A model generated the notes under the pieces. It worked only from the letters and a program-made list of their open reading frames with translations, made no database searches and had not been told where the DNA came from. This document shows positions 8,131 to 16,996 of a DNA stretch of 24,305 nucleotides, in pieces. A program made the position numbers and the translations under genes. Location: IMG/VR virus record IMGVR_UViG_3300038365_000070, positions 1-24,305 of that record. One strand, written 5' to 3'. How positions within the stretch are numbered: position 1 is the first letter of the stretch; each line of letters starts with the position of its first letter. Origin of the DNA: a virus. Lineage: Duplodnaviria; Caudoviricetes.

Positions 8131-10460
8131 TAGGATCTATGCACTCCTTCCGCACCGCTTGAAGCAACCTTATAAATGTCTCTCGTCATTTTCTCATAAG
8201 CGCCGTCAATGTCCATATCTGACGCAAGGTTCTGCGTCACGCCGCCCATATGAACCGTTACATTAGCAGTTGTCAGCCGGTTGATAGCCTTTTTCTCCGC
8301 AAGGTCACGCATATATTTTAAATCTTCAGTAGACTTTGAAGTATTTGATGCCGTAGCTGCTGTATTATCCGCTATATTTTTGTTGGATTCACCGCTGCCT
8401 TTGAGCTGCTGAATAATTTTATCCAATTGGGAAGTGCTTCCACTCTTAGACGCTGCAGCATGCATGGACTGGACTGTCTGAACAAGTCTTTCTCCAGCTT
8501 TAGAAGCCGCCAGTGCTTGATTGTTAACATCCTGCGTTCGCTTTGCCTGATTCTGGGAACGGTTCACCGCATTTTGAACTAGTTCGCGCTGGGATTGTGT
8601 CAATTTTTGCTTATCCTGAGCAGTAATGCTTTTTGCCCAGTTTTGTGTTGTGTCCGCAAATGATGCCTTTAGTTGATAATGCGTTCCTTTGAGTTTATTA
8701 ATGACCGATAATACAGCATTAATCGGCTTGGCCATGACATTCACGCCATCCTGTACCACTTTAACTGCACCAGCAATGGCATCTACAAAATTATCACGAA
8801 TTCCATATGCCATTGTCTGAAACATTAATCTTACAAAATCGGCTAATGTCTGCAGATTTTCACTGCCGGTAGCTGCCACATTATAAATAGACATACCCAG
8901 CCATTGAAACCACGTTCCAGCAACTCCAATCGCCATTTGCAAAACCCTCAATGCATTGGTTAAACCACCTACATAGTTGATCGCAAAAGCAAGGGTCGCT
9001 GCAACAACGGCAGTTATTAATGAAAACTTAATTGAAGCTTTTACAGCATTGGCTTGCGTTACTGCATTTCTCGCCATCGCTAATGTTTGTTCATCATATG
9101 CTGCAGCATTCGCTAAAATAGCCCGTGCATGTACCGCTTCAGAAACTGTTGCTAAAGCTTTCTGAGCATTTACAAGTAGTAACGACATTCGATACCCCGA
9201 AAGTGCACCCACAATTCCCCATATAACCGGTGAAATTGTCTTCCAATTTTGCCCGATGAAGTTTCCTACTTTTGCTGCGATTTCAAGGAGCTTTTCTGCG
9301 GCATTGGCCGCACTTTGTATCCCAAGTACAAACCTTGCCGCAAATTCCTGAGCTGTTTTGCTGTTGGAAAACTGCTGCAGCTTCTGCAAAGCAGGTTCAA
9401 AAGCTTTTATGGAATAGTTTTTAATGGACGTTGCAATCTGAGAAAAAGTGTAAGGGACTTTGTTAAGTTTCCCACTTATTTCATCATAGTAAGACAAGAT
9501 TGCATTTTTTACGGTTTGTGCTGACAGCTTTCCCTGTTCCGCCATTTGCTTTAACTGCCCAGGATTCTGAATTCCCTCATACTTCATAAGAGCCTTTTCA
9601 ATAATAGGAGCTTGTGAAACAACAGATCTGTAATCTTGTCCACGCAATGTACCGACGGCCATTGCCTGTTCCATCTGGATCGTAGCATTCTGCGCGGCTT
9701 GGCTTGGCGTATGAGTAACTGAAAACATTTTTTGCAGAGATTCATCAAATTTTAACAGTTCATCATTATTCTTAAACAGATTCCCCGTTGCATTTTTAAG
9801 TTCAGCTACCGACTGCGCCATTTCTGTAAAGGGAGCACGTGACCGTTGTGCAGCTTGGTAAATCTGATCCATGAATTCAGCCGTCGTTTTTGAACCATCA
9901 TTAATTAAATTTACCGCAGACGTAGCCGCTGTATAATCATCCGAAATATCAATTATTTTTCTCACGCCCTGCATTCCCAAATAGGTAGCGGCTATGCCTT
10001 TTAGTTTGAGCCACAGCCCATCTGCAATGGTGGAAGATGTCGATAGAGACCTGCCAAAATTATTTTGATTTGGTGTAAGTTTCTTTGTGCCATTCACGAT
10101 CTGCTGTGTTTGGTCTAACACAACCTTCGTCTTTTGCGAAACTCCACCCATCTCAGAGTTTGTCCTGGACACCTGCTCCGCCATCTCAGCTGCAGCAGAA
10201 ACTCCGTCACGCATATTGTTGTTAACTGTTTTCTGCGCCTGTGCAGTAGCCTGTTCCCTCTCCTGCATCCGTAAAAGTTCTGCCGTTGATTCAGCCAAGG
10301 ACTCTCTTGCTGCATTCAGGTTTTTAACCTCCACCATATTCCCCGATGCAGCATGTAGGCGCTGCATACTGGATATGGTAATATTCATTGCAGTCGTAAT
10401 ACCACGGAATACAGGACTCATCCCATCATACATTTTCATTGCGGTTGTAATGGTTGGCAT
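8130..10460 (-). CDS. Tail tape measure protein (776 aa)
   Basis: Ala/Gln-rich helical protein with tape-measure core (IYQAAQRSRA...A..Q..QAMA.G.LRG.DY.SV) and hydrophobic segments; lies between chaperone and LysM genes. Confidence 0.95.
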   Translation of the reverse strand: MPTITTAMKMYDGMSPVFRGITTAMNITISSMQRLHAASGNMVEVKNLNAARESLAESTAELLRMQEREQATAQAQKTVNNNMRDGVSAAAEMAEQVSRTNSEMGGVSQKTKVVLDQTQQIVNGTKKLTPNQNNFGRSLSTSSTIADGLWLKLKGIAATYLGMQGVRKIIDISDDYTAATSAVNLINDGSKTTAEFMDQIYQAAQRSRAPFTEMAQSVAELKNATGNLFKNNDELLKFDESLQKMFSVTHTPSQAAQNATIQMEQAMAVGTLRGQDYRSVVSQAPIIEKALMKYEGIQNPGQLKQMAEQGKLSAQTVKNAILSYYDEISGKLNKVPYTFSQIATSIKNYSIKAFEPALQKLQQFSNSKTAQEFAARFVLGIQSAANAAEKLLEIAAKVGNFIGQNWKTISPVIWGIVGALSGYRMSLLLVNAQKALATVSEAVHARAILANAAAYDEQTLAMARNAVTQANAVKASIKFSLITAVVAATLAFAINYVGGLTNALRVLQMAIGVAGTWFQWLGMSIYNVAATGSENLQTLADFVRLMFQTMAYGIRDNFVDAIAGAVKVVQDGVNVMAKPINAVLSVINKLKGTHYQLKASFADTTQNWAKSITAQDKQKLTQSQRELVQNAVNRSQNQAKRTQDVNNQALAASKAGERLVQTVQSMHAAASKSGSTSQLDKIIQQLKGSGESNKNIADNTAATASNTSKSTEDLKYMRDLAEKKAINRLTTANVTVHMGGVTQNLASDMDIDGAYEKMTRDIYKVASSGAEGVHRS

Positions 10461-10464
10461 GCAG

Positions 10465-10653
10465 TCACCTCACTTTTGTTTCCAATGCACGTCTTTCCTC
10501 CGCTTCATGTTTGAGTTTAATGTCGAGAGTTGCAATTACGAAGGCTTTTTCCCTTATAGGGAGACTGGCATATGTACCCGGCAACCAGCGGAAACGGCTA
10601 ATACATAGATATTCATAAACTGCTTCCGGGTCCGCAAAGCTGCCTTCGATTAG
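10465..10653 (-). CDS. -1 frameshift extension of the tail assembly chaperone (lambda gpT/XkzB-like, 62 aa)
   Basis: Not in the ORF track. The -1 frame after A AAA AAC reads LIEGSFADPEAVYEYLCISRFRWLPGTYASLPIREKAFVIATLDIKLKHEAEERRALETKVR*. It fills the gap to the tape measure gene and has no start/RBS of its own. Confidence 0.85.
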   Translation of the reverse strand, partial: LIEGSFADPEAVYEYLCISRFRWLPGTYASLPIREKAFVIATLDIKLKHEAEERRALETKVR

Positions 10654-11135
10654 TTTTTTGCTTCATTTACCAGATCATCCATGCTCGGATTATACCCATT
10701 GATTTCAGAGACTTTCATTGTATAATTGTCATACTCCGCCGGCATTAACATTGCACGAAGTAAAGAAATTTCATCTTTTACGCCATAACTGTCCTGCAAA
10801 GCCGCGTTCTGGAGGTCGGGAAAAACTGTTGCCGACGCAGCTAATTCTGCTGTGAATTTTTCCTGGTCAAGCTGCTGCGTCAGAATTTGATTTTTACCAG
10901 GCGTTGCCATTAAACGCATGCACTTTGTACGCAGAACAGACATTCTTTCTGCGGTTAATGCACGGATTTCCCATTCCAATGGTTCACCCGTTTGTGGATT
11001 TTTCATGCGCTTTGACGCCACAATTTTCTTATTTTCAGGCATTTCAACATTTTCCTTATAAAACATGGAAAGGTCTGTTGCCTGAACTTTAACAGATCCT
11101 TTTTCTTCTTCTGTATTTTCAATCCTTGCATTCAT
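10650..11135 (-). CDS. XkdN-like tail assembly chaperone
   Basis: S.R.K...GEPLEWEIRALT, VFPDL.NA.LQDSYGV, ML.P.EY, ends LVNEAKN*. RBS GGGAGGT. Confidence 0.92.
   Translation of the reverse strand: MNARIENTEEEKGSVKVQATDLSMFYKENVEMPENKKIVASKRMKNPQTGEPLEWEIRALTAERMSVLRTKCMRLMATPGKNQILTQQLDQEKFTAELAASATVFPDLQNAALQDSYGVKDEISLLRAMLMPAEYDNYTMKVSEINGYNPSMDDLVNEAKN
10653..10659 (-). other. -1 programmed ribosomal frameshift slippery heptamer A AAA AAC
   Basis: GCA AAA AAC TAA at the chaperone end fits X XXY YYZ, with an open -1 frame downstream. Confidence 0.85.
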
Positions 11136-11150
11136 CTGTTATACCTCCCG

Positions 11151-11630
11151 TTAAGCAATTCCCATTGGTGTTTTGAATGTTTCCGGCATCTGTACGCCTT
11201 CAAAAGTGAACGGTACCTCTTCATCCAGAAAGTTTTCTGAACTTGCATCAAACTGAGCAAAGACGATTTTATCCAAATTACATCCCTTTAGCACAACTGT
11301 TTGCCTGCCGACACTGGATGTCGGGTCCTCATTCGTAGTCTGAATATCAAAATAGAAGTCTTTGCCTGTATTGATGTACTCCAACATCAACGTGCGGAAA
11401 ATAGATTCCACTGTATGAAGTGTCATGGTGCCGGTCCCTTTGCCGCCCACAGCTTTATTCCCCTGCGTAGTACGTCCCAGTATTGGGACGGCTTTTTTTG
11501 TTTTTTCATAAGTAGCAGACAACTTAGTAGCATGAATAAAGTTGTATCGTTTTCCATTAATAGTTACATAGCACTCTGCCAGTGAAGACGAAATAGCATC
11601 ACTAGACTGGAAAAACGTAGAATTTGGCAT
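11151..11630 (-). CDS. XkdM-like tail tube protein
   Basis: DAIS..LAECYVTING.RYNF, VPILG....GNKA.G.KGTG, YFDIQ.TNEDPTSSVGRQTVVLK.CNLD and FTFE motifs. Confidence 0.95.
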   Translation of the reverse strand: MPNSTFFQSSDAISSSLAECYVTINGKRYNFIHATKLSATYEKTKKAVPILGRTTQGNKAVGGKGTGTMTLHTVESIFRTLMLEYINTGKDFYFDIQTTNEDPTSSVGRQTVVLKGCNLDKIVFAQFDASSENFLDEEVPFTFEGVQMPETFKTPMGIA

Positions 11631-11644
11631 ATTTTATCCCTCCC

Positions 11645-12955
11645 TTAATTTACAATTACAGTCATATACATCTGTTCCATTGCTGCTACAGGTGTAATGG
11701 TTTCAGACAGAACAACGCTCTTTTTGGTATCACCTTGTGTGACGGATATATTTGTAGGCTGAAAATCAGTAATCGCCCCCATTGATACCAGCTGATTATT
11801 GTAGGTGATGACATCGCTGGAAAAGCTGGAACGGCCGGATGCATCGTTTGGAATTTTGTCCAGATACTTGTCACGGAAAAGTGACCCCATATCATTTGCA
11901 ATTTGATCCAGCACACGGACAACCTGATTATTTTGAAAAGATGTACCCTTATCAGGCGTCAAGGTAATAAGGGTATTAATATCTGTCAAAATATACAAAT
12001 TGCCATTTATACGATGCAGCATCAGTTTTCCGGCCCAAATCCCACTTTCAAGATCCTGCTGGGTATAATCGGCACTGACGGTATATTCCCCGTTATATTC
12101 TTTGTTTCCGCAGGTGCTGCTGATAGAGCACGCCGCTTCAAGTCCAGAAAGCCAATATACAAGGCCATAATCTGGCTCACCATCTCCAATGCAGGCATTT
12201 TCCACACTGATAACGCCTTCATAATCTGCGGAACTGACACGATATCCCACCATCTGAAACTTTACGCCGACGGTATCCCGCATGCGCTGTACAAAAGATT
12301 CAAATAGTTTTTCTGTATCCGAATCATCAGTTGGGCATCCAAGAATATGAAAATTATAGGACTCAATTTTGTTGAGAAAATTCTGATAATCATTACCGGT
12401 AATGGTACCATTAGTACCACCTGAAAGGGGAGTACCGGCCGTTGCTGCAAGGGTGGCATCATCTTTCCATATCACAAAATCGTTGTCCTGCAGGGCAGCC
12501 GCATTCTCTACTGCTGTCTGCTTTTCAACCGCCACACCTGCTAAAATCGTGCTGACATCAAACTTTGTTGTATCGTCCACATTCACCTGAATCATAATTT
12601 GAATATCATTCCCACGGGTACCGCCGTATTTAGCGGTTGCAAATGTGTTCTGCGCTTTTGCAGCTACCCCCAGTTTAAAAGCAAGCAGTTTCGTCGCGTG
12701 GTGAAAAATCTCCCGAATAGGAAGGAGCTCCACAGCATTGTAATCATATCCAAAGATAGACTTTGCATGCCGGGAAAAGTCATCCGCTGTTACTGAAAAG
12801 ACTTCTCCGTCTGGTCCCCAATCAAGCTGCAGCGGCATCGCCACAATCCCGCGGTCGGACAGCATGGTCGATGCCTGTGCCGCAGATACAAAATTGATAT
12901 AGGCTCCGGGAAGCACTTTATCCTGTGCTGTAAATGTACCGCCTCCAAGTGCCAT
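11645..12955 (-). CDS. XkdK-like contractile tail sheath protein
   Basis: MALGGGTF..Q.KVLPGAYINFVS, AKY.GTRGN, DINTL, N.VVRVLDQIAND and AMEQ.YMTV motifs. Confidence 0.96.
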   Translation of the reverse strand: MALGGGTFTAQDKVLPGAYINFVSAAQASTMLSDRGIVAMPLQLDWGPDGEVFSVTADDFSRHAKSIFGYDYNAVELLPIREIFHHATKLLAFKLGVAAKAQNTFATAKYGGTRGNDIQIMIQVNVDDTTKFDVSTILAGVAVEKQTAVENAAALQDNDFVIWKDDATLAATAGTPLSGGTNGTITGNDYQNFLNKIESYNFHILGCPTDDSDTEKLFESFVQRMRDTVGVKFQMVGYRVSSADYEGVISVENACIGDGEPDYGLVYWLSGLEAACSISSTCGNKEYNGEYTVSADYTQQDLESGIWAGKLMLHRINGNLYILTDINTLITLTPDKGTSFQNNQVVRVLDQIANDMGSLFRDKYLDKIPNDASGRSSFSSDVITYNNQLVSMGAITDFQPTNISVTQGDTKKSVVLSETITPVAAMEQMYMTVIVN

Positions 12956-13140
12956 TATTGAATCACTCCTTTCAGGTATTTGTCTAAGGCCGTCTGCACT
13001 TGTTCGTGCGTATAGGTTTGACCATCTTGCAACAATGCAGCCAGCAAATCGTGTCGGCTGGCATACCGCTTTGCAGACAGCAATTGCTCTTTGGTGTAGG
13101 CTGTTGCAGACTGGACCGTTGTATTAGCTGTATCGGCCAT
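12955..13140 (-). CDS. Small conserved phage protein upstream of the sheath gene (61 aa)
   Basis: RBS AAAGGAGTG before ATG 13140. YTKEQLL.AKRY...DLL.ALL.DG..YT..QV...L.KYLKG pattern, familiar from this position in clostridial myophages. TAATG-coupled to sheath. Confidence 0.75.
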   Translation of the reverse strand: MADTANTTVQSATAYTKEQLLSAKRYASRHDLLAALLQDGQTYTHEQVQTALDKYLKGVIQ

Positions 13141-13145
13141 AAAAA

Positions 13146-13568
13146 TCACTCCTTTACTTCCTGATCTTGCGTAAGATTTTCCATCATTTGAGGCGTTTCC
13201 TCAGATGGGCGCAAAATCACATTGTAATTTACAAACAAGTGCAAATTTCCGTTCTGCACCTCATACTTGATATTTGAGCCGCGGATTTTCTGGCCCGATT
13301 GCAGTGTCAGCACCCGTAGAATGGGGACGAGCTGCTCTGCCAAATCATACAGGCTGTTCCTTCCCTCATCATTAGCGGGAAAATACTGCAAATCAAATGG
13401 CTGCATACGCATCTCCTGCCCCATAATTTGAGGAACAGTATCCAGTTCTAAAGGCTGTACAAAAAAGCAGGGCGGGTTAAATTCCTGCTCTGCTTCGCTG
13501 TCGTAAAATGCTACATTTTTGACCGTCGCCGCTGCGGCGGAAATACCCTGTATAATATCATTTACCAT
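13146..13568 (-). CDS. Tail terminator/completion protein (XkdJ-like)
   Basis: EQ.F.PPCFFV, FDLQYFP and G.LH.FVNYN motifs; last neck gene before the sheath. Confidence 0.82.
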   Translation of the reverse strand: MVNDIIQGISAAAATVKNVAFYDSEAEQEFNPPCFFVQPLELDTVPQIMGQEMRMQPFDLQYFPANDEGRNSLYDLAEQLVPILRVLTLQSGQKIRGSNIKYEVQNGNLHLFVNYNVILRPSEETPQMMENLTQDQEVKE

Positions 13569-14112
13569 CTAGCATCTGCTCCATATATTTCGCCAGTGCG
13601 TGTTCAATCTTCGCTTCCATGCCGTTTTGCACCTCGTTTGTGGAAATGGTCATCATAAATTTGCCGGGCACCCACGATTTTTTCAGCCGTTTTCCAATGG
13701 CAGGCACAAATCGTCCTGGCTCTTGCCGATGTCCGTATTCCACATATGCCGCATACAGTACGCTGTTTGATACCTCAACTACATAAGTATCTCCCTCTTT
13801 GCGTACAGCGGATGCGGCCCATCCTCGTCTTAACGTACCACCATGATGTAAGGTAAAAGTGTATTTTTTCCCCTTAACCGTATGAAATTTTTTCTTTCCG
13901 TCTTTCGTACGGTATTGTACAGTACGCGCTTTTCCCCGCTCTGTTTGTGTGACGGACTGGCCAACCGGCGTCCGCTTAATACACTTACGCAGCAGTTCTG
14001 CCGCCAATTGCTGTGATATGTCCCGACAAAATTCATCCAAGCTGGAAGCCATCTTTTGAAACCGTTGTGCAAATTTCTCAAACTCGTGGAAATCGAATTC
14101 AACGTCGCTCAT
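13558..14112 (-). CDS. HK97 gp10-family tail completion protein
   Basis: KRTPVG...GGTLRRGW...N.V.YA.YVEYGHRQ..GRFVPAIGKRLK..WV.G.FM. ATG 14112 overlaps the upstream TAA (TAATG). Confidence 0.9.
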   Translation of the reverse strand: MSDVEFDFHEFEKFAQRFQKMASSLDEFCRDISQQLAAELLRKCIKRTPVGQSVTQTERGKARTVQYRTKDGKKKFHTVKGKKYTFTLHHGGTLRRGWAASAVRKEGDTYVVEVSNSVLYAAYVEYGHRQEPGRFVPAIGKRLKKSWVPGKFMMTISTNEVQNGMEAKIEHALAKYMEQMLDGK

Positions 14113-14477
14113 TATGCCCACCTGCGGAACAATTTCAGCGTAATTTCCGTGTGACTCTCATATACGGCGGGCTGCCCGCTTTGACTGTAGGCTGTAGTCT
14201 GGCCGTTTTGTGTCACAATCAATTTACTGCCCGGTTTAATTTCCACGCCCGGAGGCAAGAACAGCTTTGTGACCTGCGTTAATGCTGCCCCGCCGCCGTC
14301 CGCACTGTCTGCAGCGGGAATTGACCCATAGGACAGGTGGCACGGCTGGTCGGTTAGCACTGTTACCTCTTTGTAGCGTGTGATTGCACCATCAAGGTAT
14401 TTTTGATACTCTACTACATCACACTTTCCGGTATGCAGCGTCCCCAGCGCTGCCCGGACCGTATCCATCATGCTCAT
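14112..14477 (-). CDS. Head closure/head-tail joining protein (XkdH-like)
   Basis: DQPC.LSY, Q.TKLFL.P.VEIKPGSKL.VTQ.G and P..Y.SH.EI motifs. Start at ATG 14477 or GTG 14486. Confidence 0.82.
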   Translation of the reverse strand: MSMMDTVRAALGTLHTGKCDVVEYQKYLDGAITRYKEVTVLTDQPCHLSYGSIPAADSADGGGAALTQVTKLFLPPGVEIKPGSKLIVTQNGQTTAYSQSGQPAVYESHTEITLKLFRRWA

Positions 14478-14479
14478 AT

Positions 14480-14857
14480 TTACCACACCAGCTTTCTGTA
14501 TTTTGCAAATTCGCTTTCTCCGGCATTTTGTAGGGTTGCAATGGCTGCCGCCATACGCTGCGTAAGACTGCTTCCAATGGAAAGCTGTACGGTGGTGTCG
14601 CCCTCTTTGATAGACTGCACTGCCGCCTGCGTGGTTTCATCGCTGAGCTTGCCAGTCGAATATTTCGCCTGCAAAAATTCCCCGCAGGCACGGTCCACTT
14701 GTGCATAATGCAGACCGTCTGGCACCGTGTCCAGATTGCAGGCATTGCAAATATCCTGCGCCGCCCGGTCAATGCAGTAGGACAATGCCCATACGTCATC
14801 TGATTGGACGGTATACCCCAGCATCGCAAGGCGGAATTTTACATCCTCTGTTATCAT
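14480..14857 (-). CDS. Head-tail connector/adaptor protein
   Basis: I.N.CN...VPDGL, V.SIKEGDT.V and F..YRKL.W motifs; ATGA-coupled to the major capsid gene. Confidence 0.87.
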   Translation of the reverse strand: MITEDVKFRLAMLGYTVQSDDVWALSYCIDRAAQDICNACNLDTVPDGLHYAQVDRACGEFLQAKYSTGKLSDETTQAAVQSIKEGDTTVQLSIGSSLTQRMAAAIATLQNAGESEFAKYRKLVW

Positions 14858-15903
14858 GACTTTGCCATGTTAATTGTGGCACAGACCAGCCCTGACGGGT
14901 TCGGCAGCACAGGAATAAAGAGCCCGGACGCTTTTGTCCATACGGCAACCGGGTCCGGCTCTTCCCAGCGGGACAGGGTAATAAACTGCTGAGAAGATTT
15001 TTCCGTGTAAGGTCCGGCTGCTTCCTCTTCAGGCGTTACACCCCATAGACCAATACCTGCTGAACCGTCATTCTGGGGTGCAAATAGAGACAGAGCATTT
15101 TCCGCAAAGAATCGTGTGCTGGTCTTTTTACCCCTTTTCTTGGTGTCCGCATATTTGATATAGGTGGCATCATTTGCCAACAGCGTCAAACCGCTGAACA
15201 TTGCAGAAAGCAGGTTATTAAGCTGAACCGGTGTCACCAGCATGCCTGTACCATTCGCACCGTTAACTGCTTTCTGGATGGCTGTATTTTTCTGCATCAG
15301 ACGCAGAATGGGCGTTGAAGTGACACCCAGTGTGAGTTTCTGACCAAGTGCAGAACCAATATCGACCCATGTCTGAATATCGCCAAGGATATCTGCCGAC
15401 GGATCCGCCCAGGAAGCAGTACTGTTTACAACATTGCCGGTAGGAACTTTATAATCCATCTGCAATGTAACCTTGTTTTCCTGAACTGTAACCTTGCCGG
15501 TCTGAAGTGCTTCCATTTTCATAGCTTCCGTGCGGGTTTTGACGGTTTCTGCCATTCTTCCCATATCATCAAACAAATACTGGAGAATGCTGTTCTGCTG
15601 TACGCCGTGATCTAAAAGCATCCTCGCCTGCTCTGTAAGATTGATTTTTTCCTTAATAAGCAGTTTTTGCACGGTTACACGCTCAAAATCTTTTCGCTCA
15701 CCAATCGCTGCTTCTGAGTCAAACCCATGTACCATTGCGGCATATGGCAGATTCTGCGTATCTGCCAGACGTATATACTCAGCTTCAAAGTTCTGCGTTT
15801 TCTGATCAGGGAAAAGAGAATCCCCCATATAGTTACGGACAATCGAATAATTCTGTGAAAAATCAAGCAGGTCTTTTTGTGTAACCAAATCAAATAAAGT
15901 CAT
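14854..15903 (-). CDS. Major capsid protein (lambda gpE-like family)
   Basis: 349 aa after scaffold and decoration genes; LFP..K, H.FD.EA.IG, IKEKI, C-terminal W.E.DPV..WTKASGLFIP.LP.P. Confidence 0.9.
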   Translation of the reverse strand: MTLFDLVTQKDLLDFSQNYSIVRNYMGDSLFPDQKTQNFEAEYIRLADTQNLPYAAMVHGFDSEAAIGERKDFERVTVQKLLIKEKINLTEQARMLLDHGVQQNSILQYLFDDMGRMAETVKTRTEAMKMEALQTGKVTVQENKVTLQMDYKVPTGNVVNSTASWADPSADILGDIQTWVDIGSALGQKLTLGVTSTPILRLMQKNTAIQKAVNGANGTGMLVTPVQLNNLLSAMFSGLTLLANDATYIKYADTKKRGKKTSTRFFAENALSLFAPQNDGSAGIGLWGVTPEEEAAGPYTEKSSQQFITLSRWEEPDPVAVWTKASGLFIPVLPNPSGLVCATINMAKS

Positions 15904-15924
15904 TTTAATTACTCCTCTCTTTTA

Positions 15925-16293
15925 TCAGGTTCCGCTGCCAGTTGTACTTGTGAGATCGTCAAAATACAGCCCACGTGCTGAAAGCGCTGTTATTGCTGCC
16001 GCCGCCGGAACGGCAGGCAAGTAGTTTCCGTATAGGTGCCCGGCAGTGTAAACAGCCCCCACCGTATCGCCATGTGTTACATCCATATCGTTTACCAGAA
16101 TGCCAATTGCCGTAGCATCATTTGCAGGAATAACTGTACCGGCTGGTACAATCTTTCGATCACCGTCCTGTACTCCCAAGGACGCCGGCACTTGACAAGT
16201 TTTTGCAATCAGTCCCACTGCACTGGCAATAAAATTGGCGCCATTCTCGGTAGATTCCGTATAAACGTACCCGGAAGTTGCTAAATCAGCCAT
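15925..16293 (-). CDS. Probable head decoration protein (122 aa)
   Basis: RBS GGAGG before ATG 16293. RKIVPAGT..PAND.TAIGIL..D.DVT.GD..GA...AG pattern, located between scaffold and capsid. Confidence 0.75.
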   Translation of the reverse strand: MADLATSGYVYTESTENGANFIASAVGLIAKTCQVPASLGVQDGDRKIVPAGTVIPANDATAIGILVNDMDVTHGDTVGAVYTAGHLYGNYLPAVPAAAAITALSARGLYFDDLTSTTGSGT

Positions 16294-16921
16294 TATCGTT
16301 TCCTCCATTCTTAGGTTTTACTGTGAATTTAGTGTTGTAATTCTGTGCAAATTTAGCACCGTTGCTTATACCTCCTTCGCCATCATCATCGTCATCGTCA
16401 GATGCAGCTCCGGGATGCATGCCTTTGAGCGTATGCTTTTCTGGTGCTTTGAACAGCATTTTGCTGTCCTCAGCTTTCATGAGCTCTTTCAGTTTTCCGC
16501 CGATGCCCTTGACACCTTCTTTTTCATCCAGCTCGGCTTTGTCCATATCTATTCCATCCGTCAGCAGAAGCTTTACCGCTTTTGAGTTTAATGCACCAGA
16601 CTTGGCAATTGCCATATCCAGAGCATTACTGATCTGCAGTTTTTTTATTTTTGCACTGGATTCCTTTTGTACTTTTTTATTCTCTTCCTGCAAATCTTCA
16701 ACTTTCTTTCTCAGTGCCTCTGCATCGCCGCCAGAGGATTTAAGAGACTCAATCTGTCCATCACGGGTTTTAACGTCCTTTTCAAGCTGCTTTTTGGTGG
16801 CATCCAGTGTGTCATAATCGGACTTTTTGACATACTCTTTCAGCTCTTTAGCGAACTCGGCAGCAACTTTATCGGCTGCCGCATCATCAAGGCCAAGTGC
16901 TTTTAACTGTTCTTTTGTCAT
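16286..16921 (-). CDS. Capsid scaffolding protein (Phage GP20-like)
   Basis: MTKEQLKALGL.D, charged coiled-coil, A.N.KAVK.LL and LF motifs; RBS AGGAGGT. Confidence 0.87.
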   Translation of the reverse strand: MTKEQLKALGLDDAAADKVAAEFAKELKEYVKKSDYDTLDATKKQLEKDVKTRDGQIESLKSSGGDAEALRKKVEDLQEENKKVQKESSAKIKKLQISNALDMAIAKSGALNSKAVKLLLTDGIDMDKAELDEKEGVKGIGGKLKELMKAEDSKMLFKAPEKHTLKGMHPGAASDDDDDDGEGGISNGAKFAQNYNTKFTVKPKNGGNDNG

Positions 16922-16949
16922 TGGTTACCTCCTGATTTTAAGTATGAAG

Positions 16950-16971
16950 CAGGCAGCCATATGGCTGCCTG
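16950..16971. repeat. Perfect 22-bp palindrome CAGGCAGCCATATGGCTGCCTG (hairpin or weak terminator)
   Basis: Intergenic between minor capsid and scaffold genes; only a weak U-tract on either strand. Confidence 0.6.
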
Positions 16972-16996
16972 TTTCTAATTTATGAGAAATTAAAGC

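Noticed and set aside
11493-11506. A/T runs of 6-7 nt in the tube gene and other genes as phase-variable tracts
   Set aside because: They are short, in frame, and explained by Lys codons in essential genes.
16380-16400. GAT/GAC trinucleotide run in the scaffold gene
   Set aside because: It is an imperfect repeat encoding a poly-Asp linker, ordinary low complexity.
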